Shown: positions 11,122 through 22,966 of the stretch, piece by piece | Position numbering within the stretch: the first letter of the stretch is position 1 | How the letters are laid out: every line of letters begins with the position of its first letter | Source of the DNA: Chiloscyllium plagiosum | Lineage: Eukaryota | Length of the DNA stretch: 64,000 nucleotides | Reading direction: 5' to 3' | Assembly: GCF_004010195.1 (NCBI RefSeq) | Contig: NC_057718.1 | Coordinates: forward strand, 50,050,450-50,114,449 | The notes under the pieces: model-generated | The model's database searches: none | Seen by the model: the letters and a program-made list of their open reading frames with translations, nothing else | Told to the model about the DNA's origin: nothing | Position numbers and translations under genes: made by a program

Positions 11122-14100
11122 ATGGTTGATCAGTCGGTTAAGTGGTGCACCTGGAATGTCAAGGGGAGTAATTCGCCAGTCAAAAGGAAGAAAATATTAT
11201 CAAATCTTAAGAAAGAAAGAGTTGATATAGCTCTCCTACAGGAGACACATCTGTTGGATAAAGAACACTTGAAATTACGACAGGGTGGATTTGATCAGGC
11301 CTTTTTTTCTTCTTTTAGCTCAAAAAGTAGGATAGTTGTTATTCTTGTTCGGAAGAATTTCCCTTTCAAAATCCTAAATCAGACAAAAGACGAATCTGGA
11401 CGAGATATTCTGATTAAAGCCCTTATAAATGGAGAGGAATATGGGATTTTAAATTTGTACTGCACCCCGGCACACCCCTTTAAATTTATAATGGAAGCCT
11501 TCTCAAAATTGATGGCTCTTGGTGCCCGTCATACAATTATAAGGGGCGACTTTAATAGTATTATGGATCTGGAAATAGATAGGATTCCCAAGATTACTGC
11601 AGGAGTATCTCCCAGATCGAGACAATTGGTGGATCTGAACAAAGAATTAGGATTAGTAGATATATGGCAATGTCTTCATCCACAGGGCAGAGATTTTTCT
11701 TTTTACTCCAATCCACATAAATGTCATACCAGAATTGATATGTTTTTGCCCACTCGATTTTTAAAAATTCCATATCATCCTGTAAAATAGGCAGTATAGC
11801 AATTTTCGACCACGTGCTGTATATATGGAAATAAAGGCGAGGAACAATGGGACATCCCCTCGGCATTGGCGTATGGACCCCTTCCTAGTAAATTTGTAAA
11901 GTACTTCTCTCAAAAATTTAAAACTTTTTTAGAAATTAATTTAGGTACGGCTAGCAACCCATCAATGATGTGGGAGACCATCAAAGCTTACGCGTGAGGT
12001 TTGATCATCTCCTACTCAGGGACCCAGAAAAAATGAAAGGGAGAACAATAGCGTCTGCTCGAAGCTCTCTTAAAAGCACCTGAAACAGCAGACGCTGATA
12101 GACCTTCTATTATCAAATTGCAAAGGATTACGGCCCTTAGGACAGCTCTAAACACTACGCTTACCCAAACGGCTAAGAGGGAAATATTATTTGCAAAACA
12201 AAGGTTAAATGAATTTGGCGACAAACCGGGTAGATACTTAGCATTTCTTGCAAAGAATAAAAAGGCCCCTCAAACTATCATGTCTATCAAGGAAAGTACG
12301 GGTATTTTGACTCATGATCATAAAAAGATTAATACAATCTTTAGAAAATTTTATTCTGATTTATATAAATCGCAAGATTGTGAAGACAGGACTAGGAGGA
12401 TGCAATCATTTTTTAAAAATTTGACCTTTCCGGGCCTAACTCCAGAACAGGTATCGGTCTTAAATACTCCCCTAACAGTCCAAGAAATACTTGATGCAAT
12501 CAGGCAACTTCAGAGCGGTAAGGATCCTGGCCCAAATGGTTTTCAAGTGGAAATCTATAAAGAATTTACAGAAATATTGGCTGGTCCACTTATGGGCATG
12601 TATAACTATGCATATAATCAGGGCTGTCTCCCGTCTTCGCTGAAAGAGGCAAATATCTCTCTTATCCTTAAAAAAGAAAAGGATCCAGAAGATTGTACGT
12701 CATACAGACCAATATCCTTGCTAAATGTAGATTTTAAAATCCTTTCTAAAACGTTAGCATTGAGACTAGAAAGGGTACTGCCACATATCATAAAGGAGGA
12801 TCAGACGGGGTTTATTAAGGGCCGTAGATCATCCAATAATATAAGAAGGGTTTTGAATATGATTCAAGCCTGCCATCAGGGAAAGATATCAGGAGTAGTA
12901 GTTTCATTAGACATGGAAAAGGCATTTGATAGGGTTGAATGGTCATATTTGTTTTACACATTGGAAAGATTTGGCATTGGAAAGGTGTTTACCAAATGGG
13001 TCTCAACATTGTATAGTGATCCCAAAGCAGTTGTGGTTACCAATGGATTAGGTTCGGATAGCTTCAGTGTGGGTAGGGGCTACCATCAGGGATGTCCTCT
13101 CTCGCCATTGTTATTTACGCTAATAATTGAACCACTAGCAGAAGCTATACAGGCTGATCCTAATATAACGGCCCCGAGGATTGGTACAGGTAAACATAAA
13201 ATCACTCTGTATGCAGATGATGTTCTTGTATTCCTCAGTAATCCTCTGATGTCCGTGCCTCGCTTAATCCAAGTTATTAATACATTTAGTGCATTCTCAG
13301 GCTATAAAATTAATTTTCCAAATCGGAGGCTATGCCAATGGGTGGCCTTGCTATGATACCCCATTTAGTGGACAGATCCCATTTTCCCTTTCGTTGGTCC
13401 CTGGAGGGTTTCTTATATTTAGGTATTTTTATTACCCCAGTATTTGGTCAGTTATACAAGGCTAACTTTGTGCATTTACTGGAAAGGATAAGGCAGGACC
13501 TCCAGCGATGGGGAGACCTTCCAATTTCCTGGCTGGGTAGAATAGCACTCATTAAAATGAATTTCCTGCCCCGTCTCCTATACCCTATGAGAATGCTTCC
13601 AGTGATGCTGCCGAGGCTGGCATTACGTAAATTATATGGCTGGTTGGGTTCCTTTATCTGGAATCATAGACGGCCCCTCATTAAGCTGAAGAAGCTACAG
13701 CTTCCACAGGCAAGGGGAGGATTGGACTTCCCAGATTTTAGGAAATATCAGTTAAGTTCCTTATTAAGTTACATAGCTGATTGGGTCCTGTTTGATCCAC
13801 AATCAATCTGGCTGGACATCGAAGCTTCTCAAGTAAAATGCCCACTTATTAACCTTTTATTTTCAGACAAGAGGAAAATCATTACGGATCACTGTAAAAA
13901 CCCTATAATACTAAATACAATTAAAGCTTGGAATATAATGCGGCAAAATGAGGGCAACTCACATAAAACATCCCCCTACGCGCCGATAGTGGGAGCATGG
14001 GGATTCCAACCGAGGTTTACAGATGCCACTTTTAAACTCTGGTGATCCAGGGGTATCTCATGTCTCGGGGACGTATTTGAAGATGGGGTCCTGATGTCTT

Positions 14101-14914
14101 TTGAACAGCTGTGTCAGAAATTCGGATTACCCAATGGAGACCTCTATCGATACTTCCAAATTTGAGATTATATACAGAAGAAGACTACGTTATTAGATAG
14201 TCTTTATAAATCAGATAGACAATGTAGAGTACTACGACCAATGGGGGTATCTTCCATTAGTACTATTTATCATTTACTACATGATGAAGTATCGGGAGAT
14301 ATGGACAATCTGCTTAAAACATGGGATCAGGAACTGGGACTAGAAATCCCTATAGAAACGTGGAATGACATTTGAGAAAACACTAGAAGAATCACCATCT
14401 GTAACAGAACTCAGGCTATCCAGCTGAAGATAGTTCATAGGGCCCATATAGCACCGGATCGATTGGGAAAATTTAAGGCAGGGGCATCCCCAATGTGTTC
14501 CAAATGTAAAATAGAGGTGGAACTCTTGTACATTGTCTATGGACCTGTCATAAGATCCGTAGATACTGGACTAAAGTAGCAAGTGCCCTGACAGAAATTT
14601 TAGGAATGGAAATTAAAGTGGACCCCGTAACTCTCCTTTTGGGCTTTTCGAACTTATCCTCCCTGGACATGCATGGGAAGAGACTATTTTCTATTCTCTC
14701 TTTCTGTGCAAGGAAAAATATTTTGGTAAACTGGGTGGCTGAAGGCCCCCCTGGCCTTTTAAATTGACACAGATTAATTATGGAATGTATTCCCCTTGAC
14801 TTCCTTACAAATATGGTACATCGAAAGACCGAATTATTTTATAAAATATGGCAGCCCTTCTTGAATTATATGAATACAGATATTTCGGCTATCATAACAA
14901 GGGCTTTTATTTAA
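11122..14914 (+). pseudogene. L1 ORF2p (APE endonuclease, RT, Cys-rich domain), multiple stops and frameshifts
   Basis: TWNVKG, DIALLQETHL, GDFN, YRPISLLNVDFKIL, SLDMEKAFDRVEW, QGCPLSPLLF, LYADD; C-terminal CSKC...HCLWTC near 14494-14550. Confidence 0.95.
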
Positions 14915-15448
14915 TTGAGATTACGAACCTGGCTGGTCCAGGGCCCCTTGGGAGAGGAATCCCGCACGAATACGGGTTTTGTTACATTTGATGTTAACAC
15001 ATTCCGAGCATGTATCTCACTACCCAATTTCTGTGTTATCCGCTGTTTTTTTTCTCTCTTTCTCTTATTTGAATAATGTAAGAGACTTAAATATACACAC
15101 TGGTTAGTTGTAGGTTAGATTAGTAGTTAATTGAGTTTTGTTTTTTTTCTCAGTATTTTTCTTTTGTTAAATTTTGTTAGAGTTTATTGTATATCAATGT
15201 TTGTACTTGAGAGTTTTGTTTATTTTTGTAATCTTGTAAAAATGTTAAATTTCTAATAAAAATATCTATATAAAAAAAAGATTGCCTAACTATGTCTGAG
15301 TTTTAGAAGATTTGTTTGATTTAATTATATAAAATGTTAAAATCTTTAAATTTTCATTTTGCTAAAAGTTGTAATTTGTTCTTATTTATCATTGCAATAA
15401 TTTTTAATAATAGAAAATAAAAATAAAAAGAAACCAGCAGTCAAAAAA

Positions 15449-15685
15449 AAAGTTAGAGTTGATAAAGCGTGGTGCTGTATCTGAGGAGCAAGAGAGTTGA
15501 TGTTTTGGGCAGGGCTCTTCTTCAGGACTGGGAGGGAGAAAGTGGCTGAGAAATAAATAGGAAGGGGTTGTGGTGCTGGGGAAAGGTGATGGGATGGCAA
15601 GAGGTGGTAAAAGGTAGAAAGTGATGATGATAGGTCAGTGGGAAGTGTGGAGCAGATAGATGGGAAGGAAGATGAATAGGTAGGT
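15449..15685 (-). mobile_element. PLE fragment (host of the L1 insertion, itself inside Rex1/Babar)
   Basis: 'gaggagcaagagagttgatgttttgggcagggctcttcttcagg' plus a purine-rich tract is the reverse complement of the 1-320 family. Confidence 0.7.
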
Positions 15686-16469
15686 AGATTTACCTTCCAG
15701 AGGGAGCTGAGAGACTGCTGTGTGTTCTGTTTTACAGCAACATGGCTCACATCTTATATGCCTGACTATGCCTTACAACCTGAGGGTTTCTCCATACATT
15801 GCATGGACTGCATGGCATCCTCGGGTAAGGCCAAGGATGGTGGAGTTCGCCTCTTGATCAACACTTCCTGGCGCTCAGACATGGCGGCCCTAATGAGTTA
15901 CTGCTCTCTGGACTGGGAAATGCCTTCCCATTACCTGCCATGTGAGCTTGCTTCTGCTATCCTGACAGCAGTCTACATATACCACCCCAGGCGAAAGTGA
16001 AGAATGGTCTGGATGAAAGATACACCATTACAAATGCACTTGAGACAGAATACCTTGAGACCTTATTCATCACAGCTGGTGATTTCATTCAGACCAACCT
16101 CAAGAGGAGACTGCAAAAATACCATCAACATGTCTCCTGTCTCACCAGCGAGCTGGACATCCTTGACCATTGTACACAACCATCAAAGATGTTTACTTCT
16201 CCATATCCTGTTCGCACCTTTGAAAATCAGATCACAACGTTGTGTTCTTCCTCCCGGCTTACAAGCAGAAGTTGAAATGTATGGACCCAATACAGGAAGG
16301 AGCACAGCGCTCGTCTGAGGCAGTGAAAGAGCTTTTGCGGTCTGCTCAGAATCATTGGACTGGTCCATATTCAAGAATTCAGCGGCCAATCGAGATGAGT
16401 ATGCCATCACCGTCATGGACTTCATTAGCAAGTGTGTAGAGGGTTTTGTGCCAAAGAAGTCAATCCATA

Positions 16470-16778
16470 TTAGATTACATTACAGTGTGGAAACAGGCCC
16501 TTCGGCCCAACAAGTCCACACCGACCCGCCGAAGCGCAACCCACCCATACCCCTACATTTACCTCTTACCTAACATTATGGGCAATTTAGCATGGCCAAT
16601 TCACCTGACCTGCACATCTTTGGACTGTGGGAGGAAACCGGAGCACCCGGAGGAAACCCACACAGACACGGGGAGAACGTGCAAACTCCACACAGTCAGT
16701 CACCTGAGGCCGGGAATTGAATCCGGATCTCCAGCGCTGTGAGGCAGCAGTGCTAACCACTGTGCCACCGTGCCGCCC
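16470..16778 (-). mobile_element. HE1-like tRNA-derived SINE, young
   Basis: Head GGGCGGCACGGTGGCACAGTGGTTAGCAC with A/B boxes, CpGs retained, CR1-like 3' tail. Confidence 0.95.
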
Positions 16779-16848
16779 ACCAATATGTTCCCCAATCGGA
16801 AACCGTGGATGAACCGGGAAATCCACTGCCTACTGAAGGCCAGGTGTA

Positions 16849-16960
16849 GGTTTCCTGATGAAGGGCTTTTGCTCCTCGGATGCTGCCTGACCGGCTGTGC
16901 TGTTCCAGCACCACTACAATGTAGAATCTGATTTCCAGCAACTGCAGTCCTCACTTTTGC
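16849..16960 (+). mobile_element. PLE fragment inserted in Rex1/Babar
   Basis: cctgatgaagggcttttgc...ggatgctgcctgaccggctgtgctgttccagca. Confidence 0.75.
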
Positions 16961-18550
16961 TGAGCATTCAAGTCAGACGACCCTGACCTATACAGGAAAT
17001 CCAGATATGACCTCCATAAGACTATTAGAGACTCTAAGAAGCAAGACTGGGCTAAATTAGAGACCCAAATTAACCCCACAGACACTGGTCATCCATGGGG
17101 CTACAAAATGACAGAACAGAATAGTGGACAAAAACACATCGCTCCCTGATGCGCTCAATATATTTTGTTCTTGAACAGGAGGCCAGTGAAATAATGTCAC
17201 CTGCCTCACCAGACTCAGATGTACTTGTTCCCGCAGTCACTGCGGCATATGTCAGATTGACCTTATTGAGAGTGAACCCTCTGAAAGTCACTGGCCCAGA
17301 GGGAGTCCCCAGCCATGCAGGACCTGTGTGGACCAGCTAGCTGGTGTATTCACTGACATCTTTTAACCTCTTCTTGTTACAATCTGAAGGCCCCACCTGC
17401 TTCATGAAGACCACCATCATCCTGGTTCTAAAAAACACATGCAACGTGTCTCAGTGACTACCACCTGGTGGCTCTAACCTCCACAATTATGAAATGCTTC
17501 CAGAGGTCAGTCATGGCTCACATCAACTCCAGCCTCCCAACCTGCTCCGATCCCTTGCAATTTGCTGACAGGCATAACAGGTCCACGGCAGACACCATCT
17601 CCCTAACCCGATACTCATCCCTGGAACATCTGGATCATAAGGATCCCTTTGTCAGGCTTCCAGTTATTGACTACAGCTCCACCTTCAATACTATAATCCC
17701 AAACAAACTAATCTCTAAACTCCAAGAGCTAAGTTTCCGCCCTGCCGTCTACAACTGGTTCCTCGAAATTCCTGACCTACAGACTGCAATCAGTGAAGAT
17801 AGATAACAGTATCTCCTCCACAATAATCCTCGACATTGGCACCCCACAAGGCTGTGTATTCATCCCCGTACTGTACTCCCTGTACACTCACAACTGTGTG
17901 GCCAAATTCCGTCTGAACTCTATCTACAAGTTTACTGACAACACCACTGTTGCAGGCCTGATCTCAAACAATGACAATCAAACAACATCAACAATACAGG
18001 AAACAGATAGAGTGCTTGGTGACATCATGTAAACAAAACAACCTCTCTCTCAATGTCAGCAAAACTAAAGAACTGAGGAAGCAAGGAGGAGGGAAAGTCC
18101 CTATCGACATCAGTGGAGCTGAGGTGGAGATGGGCGTGAGTGTCAAGTTCCGAGGAATGACGATAACCAATAATCTATCCTGGACCACCCACATTGATGT
18201 CAAGAAGGCACAACAATGCCTCTTCATCCTCAGGAGGCTAAGGAAATTCAGCATGTCCATAAGGATCTTGATCAACCTTTATAGATGCACCATACAAATT
18301 CTGTGTGGGCACACCATGGCTTGGTACGCCAACTGCTCCACCCAGGACCTTCAGAAACTACAGAAAGTTGTGAACACAGCCCAGATCATCACGTAAGCCA
18401 ATCTTCTATCCACTGACTCTATCTCTACTTCTCAATGCCTCAGAAAGGCAGCCAACATCATCAAAGACCCTTCCAACAAATTCTTCTCCACTGTTAGTAG
18501 ACTTCTGAATGGACCTCTCATTTCAAATCTAATGTTGATCTTGCTTTTTT

Positions 18551-18707
18551 TGATTTGGAGGTGCCGGTGTTGGACTGAGGTTTACAAAGTTAAAAATCAC
18601 ACAACACCAGGTTATAGTCACCTGATGAAGGAGCGTCGCTCCGAAAGCTAGTGTGCTTCCAATTAAACCTGTTGGACTATAACCTGGTGTTGTGTGATTT
18701 TAACTTT
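18551..18707 (+). mobile_element. Short hairpin-shaped PLE-derived element
   Basis: Arms 18586-18619 and about 18675-18707 are reverse complements and enclose a hammerhead core. Confidence 0.85.
18619..18653 (+). ncRNA. Putative minimal type I hammerhead ribozyme
   Basis: CAC-CTGATGA-A-GGAGC-GTC-GCTCC-GAAA-GC-TA-GTG: intact core, 5-bp stem II, palindromic AGCT stem III, 3-bp stem I. Confidence 0.65.
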
Positions 18708-18871
18708 TCTTTTTTTACACCTTCTTTGCAGCCATAATTTTGTATTCCTCGCTCTGTTCAATCACCTTATGATCGCTGTATTTTATGATCTGCCTGTACT
18801 GCACGCAAAACAAAACTTTGCACCTTACCTAGGTACATGTGACAACAATAAATCAAATCAAATCAAATCAG

Positions 18872-19592
18872 ATGAGCTCGAGCTTGAGTGTGAATGGGGT
18901 TTAGCTGGAAACAGTGGCACTCTGGCCTTTGGAGTGGTGATCGATTGTCAATGGCAAAGGAGGTCTACCTGACAACGACTATGTGATTGGCTCCCAGGGA
19001 TCTGAACAGCTTGTTGGTGTGATTAATTAGTCAGAAGACATTGGACCTTCAGAAGAAAGAAACTGTCCTTTTCTCTGTAGTAAAAAGCCTGAAGGAAGCT
19101 GTTTTATGTTCCTCCACCAGCTGCTATAAACTATGGCTCCGAACCAATAATTTAGAGACTTTAAAAGTCTGAATAAATTACCCTGCACAAGTGAAATACC
19201 TAGAGAAGAAGGAAGATCAAGGAGCAACAAGTCTTGATAGCCGGAAGAATTATCTCAGCAAACCTTATGGACAGGAATCACTGAACAATCATTTCATTCG
19301 TGAATAACTTTGATCCATTTTCTGTGTTTGCCTGCACTTATGAGTTAGGGTTAGTTTGATAAGGGTGTTAGAATATTAATTAGTAGAGGTATATGTTGAT
19401 GGTTCATAATTGTTTACTTGGATCTGGAATCTATTTAATTTTAATAAGTGGTACAGAAACTCTGGTCCTTGATTTCTGACCCTCTTTGTCCAAAAAAAAT
19501 TTTGTGTACTTTTATAAAATGTTTAATTTACGTGATCACACTGGGGATAGTGAGACTTAATTTTCAGCACACTATGTCAGTGGGGTGCAACA
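18872..19592 (+). mobile_element. Possible degenerate LTR-like sequence
   Basis: Ends in ...GGGGTGCAACA; AT-rich U5-like 3' half; no TSD found. Confidence 0.3.
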
Positions 19593-20423
19593 AGATGTGG
19601 TTCTCACCAGGGAACAGGAGATGCTTGTTTACAGGATTAATACTTATTTTCACTCCTCATAAACTGCAAATCTCCCTCATTAATATGCAGCTTTCTATCA
19701 CCCACAATATGGTCAGCAATTTCCAACATTGAAGTCAGAGCCGGTATCTCATGATTTCAGCTCTCCATTCTCTTCTCTGGATCTCCATTGAGTAATAACA
19801 TCTCAGGGCATGTTCCAGAGTGCCTACTGCACTCCATCACTGATGTTGGCGTCCAATATCTGCCAATCTCTCAGGACCGACATAGCTCCTTTCCAATCCT
19901 CTTCCAGGATGCCTCTGCATTTTAGACCAGCACTTTGGAATGCACAACAATTAACTCTGAAATGCTGCTTCAGGATACTTTGCACGCAAAGACAGCTACC
20001 CAGCTCATGGACTTTATCAGGCTACTTGCTTGTTCTCTCGCACTTACATAACTTAGGCCTACCTTGGTGCTCAAAGTATCACTGCTTGCCTTGTATACCT
20101 TGCATACAAAATATCTTGCATTTTTGCACTCTGTGCCCTGCCGCCGGCCAGACCTACCAGGCTCTCATTACTTCCTTCTTGCCTTGCCATTTAACACAGT
20201 CCTAGGATATATTTCATGGCTGTCAGCCATCTTCAGTCAAGTCAAAGTAATAGCCTTTAGTCAGGGGGTCACAGTAGAGTAGACCAAGGACAGTGTCCAA
20301 CACGTGTCCAGAGGCTTGGGCATGGGCAATCAACAGCTGGATTCCTCATTGTGGGTGAGAAGCTAAATACCTGGCAGTCAGCACTCATCTTGGCTCTTTC
20401 TGCCATATTGTAGGCTGTTTTTA

Positions 20424-20702
20424 CAGAATTATCGAATCCCTCTAGTGTAAAGGGAGGGCATTTAGTCCATGGGGTCTGCACCAACACACCAAAAAGCATC
20501 TCAACCAGACCCCACCCTATCCACATAACCCCCACTTAGCAATGCCAATCCATCTAACTTGTATGTCTTTAGACTGTGGGAGGAAACTGGAGGAAACCCA
20601 TGTTGTTGCAGGGAGAATGTGCAGACAGTCACAGACAGTCACCTGAGGCTGGAAGCGAACCCAGGTGTCTGGCACTGTGAAGCAGCAATGCTAACTACTG
20701 TG
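20424..20702 (-). mobile_element. HE1-like SINE
   Basis: Similarity to the 16470-16778 copy. Confidence 0.9.
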
Positions 20703-21052
20703 GGCAGGACGGTAGCTCAGTGGTTAGCACTACTGCCTCACAGTGCCAGAAATTCAGGTTCGATTTCAGCCTTGGGCGACTGTCTGTGTGGAGTTTGCAC
20801 ATTCTCCCCATGTCTGTGTGTGTTTCCTCCAGATATTCCGGTTTCCGCCCACAGTCCAAAGATGTGCAGGTTAGGTGAATTGGCCGTGGTAAATTGCCCC
20901 ATTGTGTCAGGGATGTGTAGATTAGGAGCTTTGGTCAGGGAAAGGTAGAGTAATAGGGAATGGGTGCAGGTCTGGGTGGGATACTCTTTGGAGGGTCAGT
21001 GTGGATTTGTAGGGCTGAATCGCTTGTTTCCACATTGTAGGGATTCAATGAC
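20702..21052 (+). mobile_element. HE1-like SINE
   Basis: gggcaggacggtagctcagtggttagcac...gtttccacattgtagggattc. Confidence 0.9.
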
Positions 21053-22084
21053 ACTGAGACAACATGCCGACCATTTTCACTTGGACTGAGCAAAAGGGGA
21101 AACATTGAGTGAGATGAAAGTGGGTGGCATAACTGTTAGTGTTGGTCCAGGTCGGTGAAAGATGGTGAGCTGTCCTGAGTGAGTAAGTAGGCAGTGGCAC
21201 GCAGAGTTAATGGTGTCAAGTGATGCTGTGGAGGACAGCAATTGAAGAAAGATGTTCCATGCAATGGGTGAGAGTGGTAGAGCATGAGCCTCGGTGGGAG
21301 CTGTAACAGAGATAGACTGAGCATGAGCTAGCAGAGAGAGGATAATAGCTCATATCCCGCCAGAGGGGGAAGTGCATTGACCCTCTTCCCACACTGCTGG
21401 GCATTCCTCCAGTTGGATGAAAGCACACTGAACCTGACTGGCAGGGTCTGGTGTCATGGCCTCCATTGCCAGTCCTTGGGGAAGATGATGGTGCTCCTCT
21501 GCTAAACCCTGTCCACCTGGATCTCTAGTCCTCGTCCACAAAATAGGAAATCAATTTCCTCTTCTCTGTTATGTCCAGTCCACTATCAGTCACCATGATG
21601 GGCAACGCTGGACCGATAGTGCTAGATCGATTGTGCAATGATTTTTTAAAGATGGGACCATTCCAGAGATGATCGTCCATTCCAGGGATGATCATCCAAT
21701 CCAGAACATCCCAGCGCTGGCAAGTTCTTTTGGGTACAGTGAGTGAGAGAATCATGCAAACATTGGTCAACAGTGTCAGGCATGATCGATAGCTCGGGAA
21801 AATATGGCCAGAAATCCCTTTGGGCCTCAGAGAGAGAAACCCTCTGTGAAACTTGACAAAAATGCCACTTAACCAAAACATGACAAGATTCAACCCACTC
21901 TTACTAAAACTGTTGGGAGATCTATGATAGGATATGTGTCCTCTGAGATCCAGATCTGCACTGTCTATTCCCATCCAAGTGGAAGTGATATCATCATACT
22001 GAGTGGTGCTTAATGTGATAACAATAACATTATCCCTTTCAGAAACACTGAGTTATACAAATGCTGAAATTTAGCATAGCACCA

Positions 22085-22180
22085 CCCTACTGCTGCACTG
22101 TCTGAGGCATTGACTTTCAGATGAGATGTTAATGAGGACTTCCTGCTCTCAAAGGTGGAGACAAATGTACGGCATATAGT
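22085..22180 (+). mobile_element. Ancient DeuSINE-like fragment
   Basis: 'tgctgcactgtctgaggcattgactttcagatgagatgttaa' resembles the conserved Deu-domain SINE core. Confidence 0.5.
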
Positions 22181-22632
22181 TATTTGTCTTTTGTCCATGT
22201 TTCTACATGATACTCCATTTATCCATTTCCAAATTCCCAATGTATGTTTTTTTGAATAGTTTACATCATTCCAAAGCTTAACAATGTTTTCATTCAAAAC
22301 TCTGAATGCAGACAATAATGGGTTAACTGTCTTTTCTGAAATTGCAGAGTTATTGTGCTTTTTGTTTGCTCACTTTGTGTGTCTTTGTTTCATTTGTGTG
22401 AATTCTTTATGAGATATTCTCCATTTATTAATATGGTGGTTTTGTGTTACCAATGAAAAATCACACGATGTTCAATTTACTCATGACCCATCAAATTATG
22501 TATTTATCTTTCTTTTTTTTTGAAAGCTTGCCTATTTCTTTAGCTCTCATTATTAATTTTTACTCTCAATAACATTTGTCTGACGTCATCTGAAGCCTGT
22601 GACATTGCAATTGTTTTCTGTTCAACACCTAG

Positions 22633-22966
22633 ATTTTGTTCTCCTGTTGAGTCTATATGTGATACCCTCTCACCAGTATTAGTCCTCACTGCATGCTGTC
22701 TGTCTGCTCAGTGGTACATGGTTTGTGTGAGTTCTTTCATTCTGTCATAGTTTAGACTGCTGTGTTCCTGCTGTGATCCATTCACTTTCTGTGCTAAGAA
22801 CCATCCTCTATCTCTAGTTTACCTTTGTTGTGCAGGCTTTCCAGTTGCATTTGTATTTATCATGTAACTTGATTTTTTTTTCTCTCTCTGCTTTTATCTA
22901 CACTTTGCCAGATTGGTTGATGAGGACAGGACTATCTCATGGGAATTCAGAGTAGCTCTGGTTTCA
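22633..22966 (+). other. Candidate small alternative exons of an unidentified host gene (22633-22726 and 22912-22966)
   Basis: Pyrimidine tracts with AG acceptors (22631-32, 22910-11), donor-like GTGAGT (22727) and GTCAGT (22967), TGCATG at 22690 and 22975; no recognisable repeat. Confidence 0.35.

Larger units (their letters stand above)
9321..15448 (+). mobile_element. Near full-length L1-clade LINE, disabled, with a 3' extension; TSD AAAGTTAGAGTTG
   Basis: G-rich start with CAAGATGGCG, ORF1, long spacer, ORF2 (EN-RT-Cys-rich), T-rich 3'UTR, AATAAA and A-run. The 13-bp direct repeat lies at 9308-9320 and 15449-15461. Confidence 0.95.
8996..18870 (+). mobile_element. Rex1/Babar-type LINE, degenerate, split by nested insertions
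   Basis: 5' piece (about 9200-9310) encodes GLQVRVKQRGF..NILLANVQAAENKMHKLKV. It resumes at about 15685 as FTFQRELRDCCVFCFTATWL (APE endonuclease). RT motifs ALTSTIMKCF, DPLQFA, IDYSSTFNTI, GTPQGCV, KFTDNTTV. Ends in gtacatgtgacaacaataaatc(aaatc)n. Confidence 0.85.
20290..21550 (-). pseudogene. PIF/Harbinger-type Myb/SANT (trihelix) ORF remnant, two exon-like blocks
   Basis: 21550-21365: FVDED/LEIQVDRV*QRSTIIFPKDWQWRP*HQTLPVRFSVLSSNWRNAQQCGKRVNAL. 20423-20290: KTAYNMAERAKMSA. Confidence 0.55.

Noticed and set aside
9491..14914. Active L1
   Set aside because: Both ORFs contain several stops and frameshifts.
16700..16778. tRNA gene
   Set aside because: The A/B boxes are the head of a SINE and continue into the SINE body and LINE-like tail.
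8150..19592. One LTR (TGTTG...CAACA) split by 10 kb of insertions
   Set aside because: Flanking bases (ACCAA vs AGATG) do not form a TSD, and the left piece is too short to assess.
22633..22951. 43-nt and 40-nt exon readings reminiscent of RBFOX M43/B40 exons
   Set aside because: The sequences do not resemble those exons as I recall them, and the required donors (GTATTA, GTAGCT) are weak; length coincidence only.
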